A stretch of DNA of 64,000 nt from a virus. The stretch lies in the IMG/VR virus record IMGVR_UViG_3300002038_000006, positions 119,480-183,479 of that record; one strand, given 5' to 3'. The notes under the pieces were generated by a model. That model saw nothing but the letters and a program-made list of their open reading frames with translations, was not told where the DNA came from and ran no database searches. The position numbers were made by a program, and so were the translations under genes. Shown here piece after piece: positions 46,104 to 56,626 of the stretch (the first letter of the stretch is position 1; each line of letters begins with the position of its first letter).

Positions 46104-48113
46104 TTACAATACCTCTTTGAGACTTTTTAGATTAACCCTATCCCTGTCAGATAACTTATAATGGTCGGGACTTAGTCCATCGTCTATAAGTGTTTCTAGG
46201 ACAAGTGTAACGGTATGTTCTTTAGCGAAAGGTAATCTATCCTCACCTTTGGAGTGTGCAACCCACACTAAAGCAGAGGTGTCTGGCCTAGTAAACTCTT
46301 CACCCGGGTCTAGCTCTACTCGGAATCCCAAATCCTCTAGGATATCACTTACTTCGCCGTAGAAAACATTGGCTTCCGTAGACATCTTCTTTAGGTATTT
46401 TGGATTTCCAGTAATTATTATGGCTAGGGGCTTATCTTTACGACCTTCGGTAGACGGTCCAGATAATACCTTTTCTGAGCCAAATGTTAAACCACGCAAT
46501 AACCAATCGATAGTATCTGTACCAAACATCTGTAATCCACCACGAGGGTCGATATAACCAGTAGGTTGGTCAAAGTAGTTATGGATTTCTGCTTCTGCAT
46601 CATCCGACAATAAGAAGTTACAACTTACTGTATCACCATCGAAGTCAGCACCAAGTCCGACTAGTCTGTTAGGGTTAACACCAATTGTGTCGAAGAATGG
46701 AACTCCATGTCTTGGGAATTCGTAAGCAACGTGGTCGTCACCTAAAGGTTCCCAGTCATCACCAAGCTCTTTCAGTATATCACCTTCAACTGTAGTTTTT
46801 AGATATACAGTAGATGGATACGTTGAACCTAAGCCAGTGATTGGATAACGAGTAACTGTACACGTCAACCTATTCCACTCACGATACCCAGCTATATATA
46901 AGAACTCAGCATACGTGATTGCATGACACATTTCTTTACGACTAGGTACAAGACGTTCGTACTCCCCCGGATTAAGAACACGGAAGTTGTTATCGTCTTT
47001 GTAGATTAAAGCTAAGTACTTACCTTCCACTAGGATAGGTTTGTGGCGAATAGTTGCATTACCATAATAGTTGATGAACTTCTCTAGTCCTTCAACGGTA
47101 GCCCATCTATCCATGGTATCAGTAGAAACATCTACCCACACAGTCTTCTTAGACTTACGGTCTACTAGCGGTACGTTATTGCCACCTGTAAAGATTTTAG
47201 ACAACAGTCCCTTAGACAACCAAGAGGTAGCTAGAGGCAACACACCTTTAGCTGTTTGGTAAAGTCCCACAACGGTGTCAGTAGAGTCGATACTACGAGG
47301 AGAATCCAAATCGTCAGTACCCACATCCATACTAGTGATAACGTTACGCGTTCCGTTAAAGATGCGTCTCGACCCCCACTTAGCTTGAATAAAACCTTTC
47401 TTACCTGTAAGGAAATTTTCGATGTGTTCATAAATAGCATTGGTAGCCAACTGTAATGAATAACGTGAACGGTCGTACACAGGGTCGTTATCATTATTAA
47501 CGCCAACTAATATAGTGTTAGCAACTGACAGTACTTTACGATACATGTCATTGATTTCGTCTTCCTGTACATAACCATCTTCAGAGATTTGTATCTCACG
47601 TAAACCAGCAGGTAACACTAACCATTTATTAGTAGTAGCATTCTCTCTGTAGGTATTAACAACCTTGATACGTAAGTTACGTTGGTCTGAACTAGTTTCT
47701 TTTAACTTGAGTTCCTTAAAGTGACTCATGAAGAAAGCATAACCAGTTTCGCCTTCGATATCATCGGAGGCAACAAAGTCCTTTTCTTTCGGTAACCAAG
47801 TAGCGTACTTCTTACCTGAAAGGATATCACCGTACAAAGCTTTTATTCTTGTAAGGTGTCTGTGAATTAGAGGATGTAACACCTGTACCTTTAAGTCAAT
47901 AAAGCTAAACTTGTTACTACGCTCTTTGGTTCCTGTTGGCCCAAAGATTGAAACAGAGTATAATCCATCCTCATGGAAGTTAGTTGTACCCCCATCGTAT
48001 ATATCCGATACCTTTATAGGTTTCAGAGCGAGGGTATTCTGACCTGTTAACTTAAGCAGTTCTACGTTGAACGGCAACTTGCCTAGTCCGGTCGACTGGT
48101 AACTCATTGTCAT
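46104..48113 (-). CDS. Virion RNAP catalytic beta' subunit (phiKZ gp180-like) with C-terminal extra domain
   Basis: FHEDGLYS.SIFG, VLPAGLRE, GKKGFIQ.KW.SR, TRYP, GADFDGD metal-binding motif. Confidence 0.93.
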   Translation of the reverse strand: MTMSYQSTGLGKLPFNVELLKLTGQNTLALKPIKVSDIYDGGTTNFHEDGLYSVSIFGPTGTKERSNKFSFIDLKVQVLHPLIHRHLTRIKALYGDILSGKKYATWLPKEKDFVASDDIEGETGYAFFMSHFKELKLKETSSDQRNLRIKVVNTYRENATTNKWLVLPAGLREIQISEDGYVQEDEINDMYRKVLSVANTILVGVNNDNDPVYDRSRYSLQLATNAIYEHIENFLTGKKGFIQAKWGSRRIFNGTRNVITSMDVGTDDLDSPRSIDSTDTVVGLYQTAKGVLPLATSWLSKGLLSKIFTGGNNVPLVDRKSKKTVWVDVSTDTMDRWATVEGLEKFINYYGNATIRHKPILVEGKYLALIYKDDNNFRVLNPGEYERLVPSRKEMCHAITYAEFLYIAGYREWNRLTCTVTRYPITGLGSTYPSTVYLKTTVEGDILKELGDDWEPLGDDHVAYEFPRHGVPFFDTIGVNPNRLVGLGADFDGDTVSCNFLLSDDAEAEIHNYFDQPTGYIDPRGGLQMFGTDTIDWLLRGLTFGSEKVLSGPSTEGRKDKPLAIIITGNPKYLKKMSTEANVFYGEVSDILEDLGFRVELDPGEEFTRPDTSALVWVAHSKGEDRLPFAKEHTVTLVLETLIDDGLSPDHYKLSDRDRVNLKSLKEVL

Positions 48114-48186
48114 TGTGCTGTTCCTATGATTGGGTGGTCTTAATATAGGCAACCACAGTATTTTTTAATTTTGAAAGGAGTCCGTT

Positions 48187-49215
48187 ATGTCCGACGATAT
48201 AGACATCGATGATGATGGCTTTGATAGCTTTGATGATTTCGATGCTCCTGATTTCGACGGTGATGTCGGGGGCGGCAACGAATCACGTACGCCTATAACG
48301 GCGGCGGCCTCTAGTTTCACCGAAGCAGCTACAAATAATCTACTAAGTGTTAATGCAGCACAACGTGTCCTTAGAAAGGGTTTACCTAAAGGATATGGAG
48401 AAGCCGTAGACCTAGCAGATGACTTGGCGTATGAGGCTTCTGACCTATACGATAAAGCCGAGAAAAGGTTAGAACCTGCTATTAAATCCACTAAGGAAGC
48501 CACACGTGGTCTCCTACCTAAGGCTGAGGGTATCTTACCCAAATCTGTTTATAAGAAGTTAGCTGATTGGTCAGAGGATACTTCTACTAATAATGCACAG
48601 GTTAATGCTGACGAAGAATCGATAGCAACATCTCTTAGTAGTATCTTTACTACACAGATGGAACAGACCGAGCAGGACAAACAAGAACAGTCGGTTAAAG
48701 ACAGTCTTAAGACAGAGGTGGAAAACCAACGTCATGAGAAATCATTTAACCAGATGGGAATAGTACAACAGTCTCTTAGTAGGTTAGTTGGTTATCAGGA
48801 TAATGTAACTGCTGCTTATCAGAAGAAGTCATTAGACCTACAATTCCGTCATTACTTTGCTGCACGCGATTTACTTAAATTGCAAACAGCTGGTAACGCA
48901 GATGTTATTACTGCATTAAATGATATCAAGACCAATACAAGTTTACCTGATTGGGTAAAGACTGAGAACTCTGAAAACTTCCAGTCTATGTTGCAAGACC
49001 GTCTTATGGGTGGGACTGTAGAGAGCGTTGCCGATTACATGGGTAACTTCCGCTCTAAGCTTATTGATGGTATCAAGACTAAAGCTTTAGACAAAGTGGG
49101 CGAAGTATCTGATGGTATCTCTGAAATAACAGGTGGTATAAATCAGTTAACGGAAGCCCAAGCAATGATGGGTGAGTTTGGTGACGAAAACCAAAGCTGC
49201 TGGATTTGCCGGTAG
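48187..49215 (+). CDS. Tape measure protein N-terminal part (frameshifted)
   Basis: Acidic DFD start, LPKGY, LVGYQD..YQKKSL.LQFRHYF, IKTNTSLPDWVK resemble the gp181 N-terminus. Confidence 0.75.
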   Translation: MSDDIDIDDDGFDSFDDFDAPDFDGDVGGGNESRTPITAAASSFTEAATNNLLSVNAAQRVLRKGLPKGYGEAVDLADDLAYEASDLYDKAEKRLEPAIKSTKEATRGLLPKAEGILPKSVYKKLADWSEDTSTNNAQVNADEESIATSLSSIFTTQMEQTEQDKQEQSVKDSLKTEVENQRHEKSFNQMGIVQQSLSRLVGYQDNVTAAYQKKSLDLQFRHYFAARDLLKLQTAGNADVITALNDIKTNTSLPDWVKTENSENFQSMLQDRLMGGTVESVADYMGNFRSKLIDGIKTKALDKVGEVSDGISEITGGINQLTEAQAMMGEFGDENQSCWICR

Positions 49216-52200
49216 TATGGTTGGCGACAGTGTCGTTAACAAAATACTAGACGTTGTCGGTAAGGCTGCCAATAAAGAAGGTAGTAAGAGACAATCTTTA
49301 GTTAAGACATTTGGTAAGATATCTAACCGTGTACAGGGTTTCGATGGAGAACTTAAAGAGTTCATCGATACTGCTGACCAAAGAGATGGTATCCTCGGCA
49401 CTATAGGTGGTATGCTTCAAGAAGTAGCCCCTAGACTGAATGCTGAACCTAGAGTTCTTAGTAACTTAGCTGAACGTGGACATGAACGTGTAGATTGGGA
49501 TTTACTATCTAGACGTACATTGATAGAAGTTATACCTGAGTACTTAGCACGTATTACTCAGAACACACAGTCTATGGCAACAGGGCAACCTGCTGAGAAG
49601 ATGGTGTATAGTAAACTTTCTGAATCGTTCGTTAGTGAGGCAGATGCTGTAGCTGAAGCAACTGACAAGTTTGTTAAACGCGATGAGATTAATATCTATC
49701 GTGAGCAGAGTGATAAGTTACTAGATAAGATATTTGGTAGCGCTAAGATTTCACCCGAAGCAAGACTTGTAATGTCAGAACAAATCCATACTGACGTTAG
49801 TCGTGGTTGGAACGTTGACCCTACTCGATACGTTGAGTCTGGGACATTCGATGAAAGACATGATGCTGGAGCTGTAAGTGAGTTACACGAGTTCTTCCGT
49901 GAGAAGTACAAAGCTAAAGATGTGAGTGAAGGTGGGAAAGAGAAGTGGGACTTAGACCTAAGTGAGCAAGCGCTTACTAAACTAGGTGCTATCAATCATT
50001 CTGGTAGACAGTTAATGTCTGCTATACCTAACATGCAAGACCCTCTTAAACAGTTCATGGCCTCTGGCGATAAAGACTTGTTAAGAGCTACTGGATGGAT
50101 AGATAACACATCAGGTACAGACCAGTTCAATAGTGAACGCATGACTAGTCTAATGACTGGTCGTTTATCTCTGGATGATTTACAGTCTGAATGGGATAGA
50201 GGGCAGTTAAAAGAAGAGCGTGGTGAGAATGCTACTAAGTGGCGTGACCAAGATAGGGATGAATGGCAATTACGTCAAGAGCAACCAGTGGCTGCTCAAC
50301 CTGAACGTAAAGTCGAAGAGTCTCGTCCTACTAGAGTAATGTCTGGTGGTGAACAATCTGTTCTTACTGACCTAACTAAAGTCATGAATCAGACAGGTAG
50401 CGATAGTGCTGCTATGCTTGCCCGTCTAGATGCGGTAGTGTCTGGTGGTACTGAAGTTTACAGCATTAACAACCAGCAACTCGAAGTCTTGAAAGAGATT
50501 AGAGAATTACTAGTTGCACAACAAGCTTACGAAATGTCTAGCGAAGACGCTAAGATGGGTGCTGAGTTATTGAAGAAATTTAATAGCATGAGTACTGAGA
50601 ATGGTCCGGGACTTATGTCTCAACTATCAAGTAAGGTGTTGGATATTGGTAAGTCTGGTGTTGGTGCTTTGGGTAACTATTATAGTACTGTAGGTAACTT
50701 AGCTGGTAAGGGCGTTAACTTTGCAACTGAGAAAGCTTCGTCACTGATGAACTTTGTTGGTAAGAAGAAAGAAGACGTTGATGTATTCGTTGCTGGTCTA
50801 AGAACTCCCGCTTTACGTGGTGAGTTTATCAAGGCTGGCAGATACGTTGATGTTGCAACTGGTAAAGTAATTACTAAACTAGAAGACATTACAGGCGAAG
50901 TAAAGGACTTAGAGTCAGGAAACATTGTACTTTCTGCTGAGGACTTTGCGAACGGAATCTATAACGGTTCTGGTGACTCCTTAATGGATAGACTAGGCGG
51001 TGCGGTTAAAGGATTTGCCTCTGGTGCTGTAGACATGCTTGGTGGTTACTACGGATTCCTTTGGGATACATCCAAGAAGGTTGTTAACTTCGTAAAAGAA
51101 AAAGCTATCGGTTATAACCGTAAGCTACAAGTGCAATCCGACGTGTATGTTAAAAGTCGTATGGAAGACGGTCCAATCTTGCTACGTACTAAACTTCTTC
51201 GTGGGGCTTACTTTGATTTAGATGGGAATGCTATATTCTCCGTTGCTGACATCAAAGGCCCTGTGTACGATGAAGAAGGAAACATGCTACTCTCCGATGA
51301 AGATATATCGGACGGTCTTGTTAATCCTCAGGGTGAAGACATAGACGTATCTGGTATATTCGGCAGTGGTGTTGGAATGGTAGGTTCTGGCATTGGTTTA
51401 GCGAAAGCTGCTGGTGGGAAACTACTCGACGCACTTAAGGGTTATTACTCTGGTATTGGTAAAGCTGGTAAGAGTCTTCTAGACAAACTTACAGGTGGGT
51501 TCGGTGGCGTAACTGTTAATGGCGAAACAGATGTTGAAACAATCAATATCTCTGCTAACAACGTTTACTTAACTGGGAACATCGTGCAGGAATCTCCTGC
51601 TGAACGGGCGGGTACTGCAAGTCCTACTGTTACTGAAAAGGTTAACGGCATTGGCGAGCAATTAAAGACCACTACAGAGAATGTTCGCAACCGAGCAGAG
51701 AAAGGCATTAAGGATGTAGCTGACAAAGCTTCAACTATGGCTAACACTGCTGTGGATAAGGTTAAGGACATTGATACTACCAAGGTTGAGGCTACTCTAG
51801 TCAAAGCTAAGGAACGAGTAGGTGAGCGATTCGATAAAGTTAAAGATACCTTAGTTGGTACTGAACTTGGGGAAGACTCTGTACTAGTTGGAGATGCTGA
51901 TGGTAACGTTAGTATTAAATCTGGTAAAGAAGAAATACCTGCTGGTGATGGTACTACTAATGGATACTTGGCTTCATTGCTAGCATACTTCCATGGTCGT
52001 GACCTATTGAAAGATGGGGATACCGATGGGGATGGGTTCCGTGATGGTGGTTGGCGTTCTAGACTCTTTGGTCGTAAAGACGAAGAAGAAGACGGTGAAT
52101 CGGATGGGAAGAAGACTGAAGGTAATCGTAAGGCTGGTAAAGGTATCTTAGGTACTCTAGCTGGTGCACTTGGAATGGGTGGCGATGATTCAGACGACGG

Positions 52201-54595
52201 CGGAAGTCTTGCAGGTGACATTGCATCTGAAGTTGCTGGTGAAGTTATCGGGGATAAAATCTCAGGTAATGGAAAAGGCGATGATTCAGACGACGACAAG
52301 AAGAGTCGTAGTAAGGGTCCTAAAGCTAAAGGTAAGATGGGTCGAGCATGGCAAGCAATTAAAGGGGCTGGTTCAAAGGTCAAAGAAATTGCGGGCGGCA
52401 TGAAAGGCAAAGGTCTTATTGGAGGTACTGCTGCGGGTATAACCGGAGTGGGTGGAGCAATCTCAGGTATGGGTGGTTCGGTAGCTACTAAAATGGCTGC
52501 TACATCTGGACTTAAGAAGGCGGCTCTGTGGGGACTTAAGGGGGCTTTAGGTTTAGTAGGTGGCATATTGGGTGCTCCTATAGTTGGAACGGCTTTAGCG
52601 GTTGCTGGAGCGGCTTATACAGCATACGAAGTCTTCGGTTCCTTTAGAGACCGTGCAGGCGTAGAACCATTGGAAGAATATCGTTACCGTCAATACGGTT
52701 TAGATGTTGAAGATAGTTCTCATCGTTCGTTCTTACGTAAACTTGAAGATGAAGCAATAGAGTACGTTAACTATCGTGGCTCTGAAGGTACAGAGAATAC
52801 TTTGGACATTGAAGACTTTGAGTTCCATGAGGACATGATGACTTTAGTAAACATTGACCCTAATGTACCTGCTGAACGTTTTGCGGCGTATCTAAGATGG
52901 TTTAAGAATCGTTTCCGTCCTGTATTCTTACTACACCACGGTGTGGCTAGAATGTTAGACTCAGACGTAGACCTATTGGATATCGACGATGAATTGGATG
53001 ACGATAAGAAAGCCAAGTTCGTTAAGCAAGCTTACTATCCTAACGATGGTTCTGGTAATAGTCCTTACATGGTAAGTGACTCGCCAATGGAAGAACACAC
53101 TGCTACGGTAGGTTATAAAGAAATCGACGAAATGAAAGAAGCTCTCATGACTGAATATAAGGTCGATGAAGAGAAGTCTGAAAAGGATGGTGAATCTTTC
53201 CTATCTAAAGTTGCTAAAGGCGCAATGATGCTTACTCCTGTTGGAATGGCACATACTGCTTACAAAGCTGTGACTAAGGATAAGCCTGCTGATACTAAGA
53301 CTGGTAAAAAGGTTGAAGTAGAAAGCGGTAAGAAAGAGAAGACTAATACCGCTACCAAAGTTGCGACTGCGGTTGGGTTAGCTGTAGGTACTGAGCAAGC
53401 TGTTAAAGCAGGTACTGAAGCAAAGGCTACGCCACCAGTTTCAAATGCTACTGCTGTGAAGCGTAAGTTAGAAACTAATAAGGCGAAAGGGAAGAAAGGG
53501 TTCGTGGTTCCAAGTGAAGGTAGGATTAGTTCTCCTTACGGTGACCGTGTACATCCTATCTCTGGGGAATCTAAGTTCCACACTGGTATAGACATTGCTG
53601 CTCCTACGGGAACAGATGTACTAGCTAGTCAAGGTGGAGCGATTACTCGTAGAGGTCATTCACGTAGTTATGGTAATGTTATCTACATCGACAATGATGA
53701 TGGTACACATAGCCGTTACGCACACTTACACAATTTCGAACCCGGCTATACAGTTGGTGACAGAATTGAACAAGGTGCTAAGCTAGGTGAGATTGGTTCT
53801 ACTGGTTGGTCAACCGGACCACACTTACATTTCGAAGTACGTAAGAAAGCTCACGATAAGAAATCTTCTCTAGACCCATTAGAACTCTTCAAGGGTGATA
53901 CTGGTAAGGAAGCGAGAGCTCAAGTCAGTGATGCTATAGCTGCTGCTAAGATGGAAGTGAATCAAGATGATGACGAAGCAATCCTAGAGGGTGAAGAGAC
54001 TATTCTCTCTACCATGAAAGGTTCATCTGAAGTTACCCATGACCAAAAGCGTGCACAAACTGCAAGCATGAAAACTCCTTTAGTTAAACCTAGTTTAATG
54101 ACTCCTACTAATGTGGGGATTACTAAACCTGAATACACTGAGGATACTGTTGCTACTGCCGATAGAGATACGGCTGTTGCTATTACACCTGCTAAACTTA
54201 ATATGGCACCGGCTACGCCTGTCAGAAAAGTAGTAGATGATGCACCAGTAGTGGAAGTTGAAGTGTTACAACAGAAACGTGCTCAAATGAGTCAGGAAGA
54301 TGCGAACGTTCGTAGTGAACAACAGTTAGAAGCTATAGGTATATTGATGACCGAACAGCTTAGAACTCAACAACGAATGGAAGTACTATTAACTGAGGTA
54401 GCAAGTAACACTAAGGCGACGGCTGATGGGGTTGCAGAATTACCAATGTCTGAGGAGAAGAAAGCTGAGAAGCCTAAGTCTACTCAAAGTGCTCGTAACA
54501 ATCCTGCCTTAACTGGTAATCAATTGACTGCCATGATGCAGAGTAAAGATGCTAAGTCGGTTTCGTACCCACTACTTATGAGTCGAAACAAGTAA
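49172..54595 (+). CDS. Tape measure protein (phiKZ gp181-like) with M23 peptidase
   Basis: RRTLIEVIP.YL, DVFV/DVYV repeats, Gly/Ala-rich TM-like stretch, YRYRQYG; M23 motifs HTGID, YAHL, STGPHLHFE. Confidence 0.88.
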   Translation: MSLVTKTKAAGFAGSMVGDSVVNKILDVVGKAANKEGSKRQSLVKTFGKISNRVQGFDGELKEFIDTADQRDGILGTIGGMLQEVAPRLNAEPRVLSNLAERGHERVDWDLLSRRTLIEVIPEYLARITQNTQSMATGQPAEKMVYSKLSESFVSEADAVAEATDKFVKRDEINIYREQSDKLLDKIFGSAKISPEARLVMSEQIHTDVSRGWNVDPTRYVESGTFDERHDAGAVSELHEFFREKYKAKDVSEGGKEKWDLDLSEQALTKLGAINHSGRQLMSAIPNMQDPLKQFMASGDKDLLRATGWIDNTSGTDQFNSERMTSLMTGRLSLDDLQSEWDRGQLKEERGENATKWRDQDRDEWQLRQEQPVAAQPERKVEESRPTRVMSGGEQSVLTDLTKVMNQTGSDSAAMLARLDAVVSGGTEVYSINNQQLEVLKEIRELLVAQQAYEMSSEDAKMGAELLKKFNSMSTENGPGLMSQLSSKVLDIGKSGVGALGNYYSTVGNLAGKGVNFATEKASSLMNFVGKKKEDVDVFVAGLRTPALRGEFIKAGRYVDVATGKVITKLEDITGEVKDLESGNIVLSAEDFANGIYNGSGDSLMDRLGGAVKGFASGAVDMLGGYYGFLWDTSKKVVNFVKEKAIGYNRKLQVQSDVYVKSRMEDGPILLRTKLLRGAYFDLDGNAIFSVADIKGPVYDEEGNMLLSDEDISDGLVNPQGEDIDVSGIFGSGVGMVGSGIGLAKAAGGKLLDALKGYYSGIGKAGKSLLDKLTGGFGGVTVNGETDVETINISANNVYLTGNIVQESPAERAGTASPTVTEKVNGIGEQLKTTTENVRNRAEKGIKDVADKASTMANTAVDKVKDIDTTKVEATLVKAKERVGERFDKVKDTLVGTELGEDSVLVGDADGNVSIKSGKEEIPAGDGTTNGYLASLLAYFHGRDLLKDGDTDGDGFRDGGWRSRLFGRKDEEEDGESDGKKTEGNRKAGKGILGTLAGALGMGGDDSDDGGSLAGDIASEVAGEVIGDKISGNGKGDDSDDDKKSRSKGPKAKGKMGRAWQAIKGAGSKVKEIAGGMKGKGLIGGTAAGITGVGGAISGMGGSVATKMAATSGLKKAALWGLKGALGLVGGILGAPIVGTALAVAGAAYTAYEVFGSFRDRAGVEPLEEYRYRQYGLDVEDSSHRSFLRKLEDEAIEYVNYRGSEGTENTLDIEDFEFHEDMMTLVNIDPNVPAERFAAYLRWFKNRFRPVFLLHHGVARMLDSDVDLLDIDDELDDDKKAKFVKQAYYPNDGSGNSPYMVSDSPMEEHTATVGYKEIDEMKEALMTEYKVDEEKSEKDGESFLSKVAKGAMMLTPVGMAHTAYKAVTKDKPADTKTGKKVEVESGKKEKTNTATKVATAVGLAVGTEQAVKAGTEAKATPPVSNATAVKRKLETNKAKGKKGFVVPSEGRISSPYGDRVHPISGESKFHTGIDIAAPTGTDVLASQGGAITRRGHSRSYGNVIYIDNDDGTHSRYAHLHNFEPGYTVGDRIEQGAKLGEIGSTGWSTGPHLHFEVRKKAHDKKSSLDPLELFKGDTGKEARAQVSDAIAAAKMEVNQDDDEAILEGEETILSTMKGSSEVTHDQKRAQTASMKTPLVKPSLMTPTNVGITKPEYTEDTVATADRDTAVAITPAKLNMAPATPVRKVVDDAPVVEVEVLQQKRAQMSQEDANVRSEQQLEAIGILMTEQLRTQQRMEVLLTEVASNTKATADGVAELPMSEEKKAEKPKSTQSARNNPALTGNQLTAMMQSKDAKSVSYPLLMSRNK

Positions 54596-54597
54596 TA

Positions 54598-54630
54598 ACT
54601 TGGGAGGCTTCGGCCTCCCATTATTTTTTT
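54598..54630 (+). terminator. Intrinsic terminator
   Basis: TGGGAGGC-TTCG-GCCTCCCA + TTATTTTTT. Confidence 0.8.
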
Positions 54631-54651
54631 CTTTTATTAAGGAGTAGTTAT

Positions 54652-56583
54652 ATGGCAGAGATTAAAGACTCGTCATGGTTAAGACAAGCTTTCATACTAC
54701 CAAGTACTGAAAAAGCTATATCTGCCAAAGACAACTTCAACCGTAGCTATTCTGCTGCATTTAACAAATTCACAGATACCACACCGGGTGGTAACTTTAC
54801 TATTAACAATCCACCACAAGCGTGTCGTTATGCTGACCGTAAGAATAGTACTTTACGTAACTATCTAAAGAGAGAGAACGTTAAAGCTTCTAGCTCTCGT
54901 GGTATGGGTAGATACTTCAGTGAAGCCTACGATGATAACTCAGTTAAAGTTCATCTTAGTTTTGGTGTACCTGAATATAATAGTATCACTAGATTCTTCT
55001 CGAACTTCTATGACCCTGAGATGGGTTCAATGGCAAGGACTGGTGAAACTACCTCACTTAGCTATAGTCTAGGTAAGGCTGTGGGTTGGTTGGTATCTGC
55101 TCCACTGATTCCTTTTGTATTAGCTGGTTCACTGATACGATACTTGAGTGGTAAACCTAATAGTAAGTTCTATTACGTTAAGCCTACCATGGGACCGTAT
55201 TGGAATGCTGTTAACCTAATGGCCAACAAGCTGGCTGTAAACATAGGTATCCAACCGGGCGTATTCGGTGAGTCTACTACCGAGGAAGATACTCCGGGTG
55301 GTGGTAAAGTAAAACGTGCTGATTACGCAAGTGATACTCCGGGTGCTAGCTGGGAAACATATCAGCGTATGTTACCTAACTTGTTTAGAAGTGAGGGTGG
55401 TATAGATGTATACGCTATGGCTACACGTGCTCAACGTTTATACGATGCTCAACTTAATGCTCAGATAAGTGCCATCAAAGGTGCTGCTACTGAAGCTGAG
55501 TTAGAGAAACAGTTAGCCTCTATCGCTGCTGGTAACTTCGATAAGAACGTTAACAACAAGAACATTACTAGTTATACTGAAGAGTATCGTAAATCTAGTC
55601 TTGGTAAGCTTAGAGATTCGGAAGCACAGGCAGCAGCGGCTGCTGGTGGCGAAAGTGTGTTGTCTACGGACGACCAAGGTTTCACAGACCACTTACAGGC
55701 AGAGCTGCGCGATGGCTCTAACTGGGTTGCTTTCCGATTAGATGAAGCGGGTAGCATTGGTGAGAGTTTTAGTAACGCTACTAAAGAACCGGGCATTGCA
55801 TCTACCATCAATGGCATGAGTGCTAGTGCTAGAGATGTGCAAACAAACGCCATGAACTTTAATTTAGGTGACGGTATTGTTGGTGAGACCATCGAGGCAT
55901 TTAAGAATGCTGTTGTTGGTTTTGCTAAGGGTACTTTGGATGGTGTTGGTTTAAGTGGTATTGCGGTATTAGGTGGTGGGGCGTTTGCGGACATTCAAAA
56001 TGTTTGGGATAGTTCTTCTGCTACACTACCAAGTGAGACTTTCACAATACAGTTAAGAACCCCATACGGGAACAAGGTTAGTATCTTCCAGAATCTATAC
56101 ATTCCATTGTCAATGATTCTTGCTGGTGCTTTACCATTATCCACCGGTCCTAGTTCTTATACTTCACCGTTTATGTGTCAGTGTTTCGTTCCGGGACGTA
56201 TGCAAACTCGTTGTGGTATGATTACAGACTTAAGTATTACTCGTGGTACTTCAAATGCTGGTTGGAGTGTAGATGGATTACCTCTGGGTATTGACATCTC
56301 ATTTACTGTTACTGACATGTCTTCTATCTTACATGTGCCTCTCGATGAGCGTGCTGGTATTCTAGATGACGACAATGCTTTCAACGATTACATGGCAATC
56401 TTATCTGCGTTAGGTGTAGCTGAACAATTCTACCCTACTGCTAAACTTAAGAGAGCTTGGGCAACTAAGGTAAGGAACTTCGAGAGTATGTTTTCATACG
56501 CTCGAACAGCTCAATGGGCTGCTGGTACAATGCCGGGTAAATTATTAAGTGCATTCTATCGTGGTAATGCATCTATCGGTTAA
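54652..56583 (+). CDS. Baseplate/tail protein (phiKZ gp182-like)
   Basis: KFTDTTPGGN..INNPPQ, GMGRYFSEAYDDN, FGVPEYNS, KFYYVKPTM.PYW, SYTSPF. Confidence 0.85.
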   Translation: MAEIKDSSWLRQAFILPSTEKAISAKDNFNRSYSAAFNKFTDTTPGGNFTINNPPQACRYADRKNSTLRNYLKRENVKASSSRGMGRYFSEAYDDNSVKVHLSFGVPEYNSITRFFSNFYDPEMGSMARTGETTSLSYSLGKAVGWLVSAPLIPFVLAGSLIRYLSGKPNSKFYYVKPTMGPYWNAVNLMANKLAVNIGIQPGVFGESTTEEDTPGGGKVKRADYASDTPGASWETYQRMLPNLFRSEGGIDVYAMATRAQRLYDAQLNAQISAIKGAATEAELEKQLASIAAGNFDKNVNNKNITSYTEEYRKSSLGKLRDSEAQAAAAAGGESVLSTDDQGFTDHLQAELRDGSNWVAFRLDEAGSIGESFSNATKEPGIASTINGMSASARDVQTNAMNFNLGDGIVGETIEAFKNAVVGFAKGTLDGVGLSGIAVLGGGAFADIQNVWDSSSATLPSETFTIQLRTPYGNKVSIFQNLYIPLSMILAGALPLSTGPSSYTSPFMCQCFVPGRMQTRCGMITDLSITRGTSNAGWSVDGLPLGIDISFTVTDMSSILHVPLDERAGILDDDNAFNDYMAILSALGVAEQFYPTAKLKRAWATKVRNFESMFSYARTAQWAAGTMPGKLLSAFYRGNASIG

Positions 56584-56586
56584 ACT

Positions 56587-56626
56587 AAAAAAATAAGGAG
56601 GGCGCAAGCCCTCCTATTTATGTCGT
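56587..56626. terminator. Bidirectional terminator
   Basis: GGAGGGC-GCAA-GCCCTCC with TTATGTCG (+) and TTATTTTTT (-). Confidence 0.8.

Noticed and set aside
52181-52296. Direct repeat GGCGATGATTCAGACGACG
   Set aside because: Two copies encoding GDDSDD in a low-complexity linker; not an array
51565-52566. 333-aa antisense ORF inside the tape measure gene, and many other short antisense ORFs
   Set aside because: Shadow ORFs from codon bias in Gly/Asp-rich or well-supported genes; no RBS or motifs
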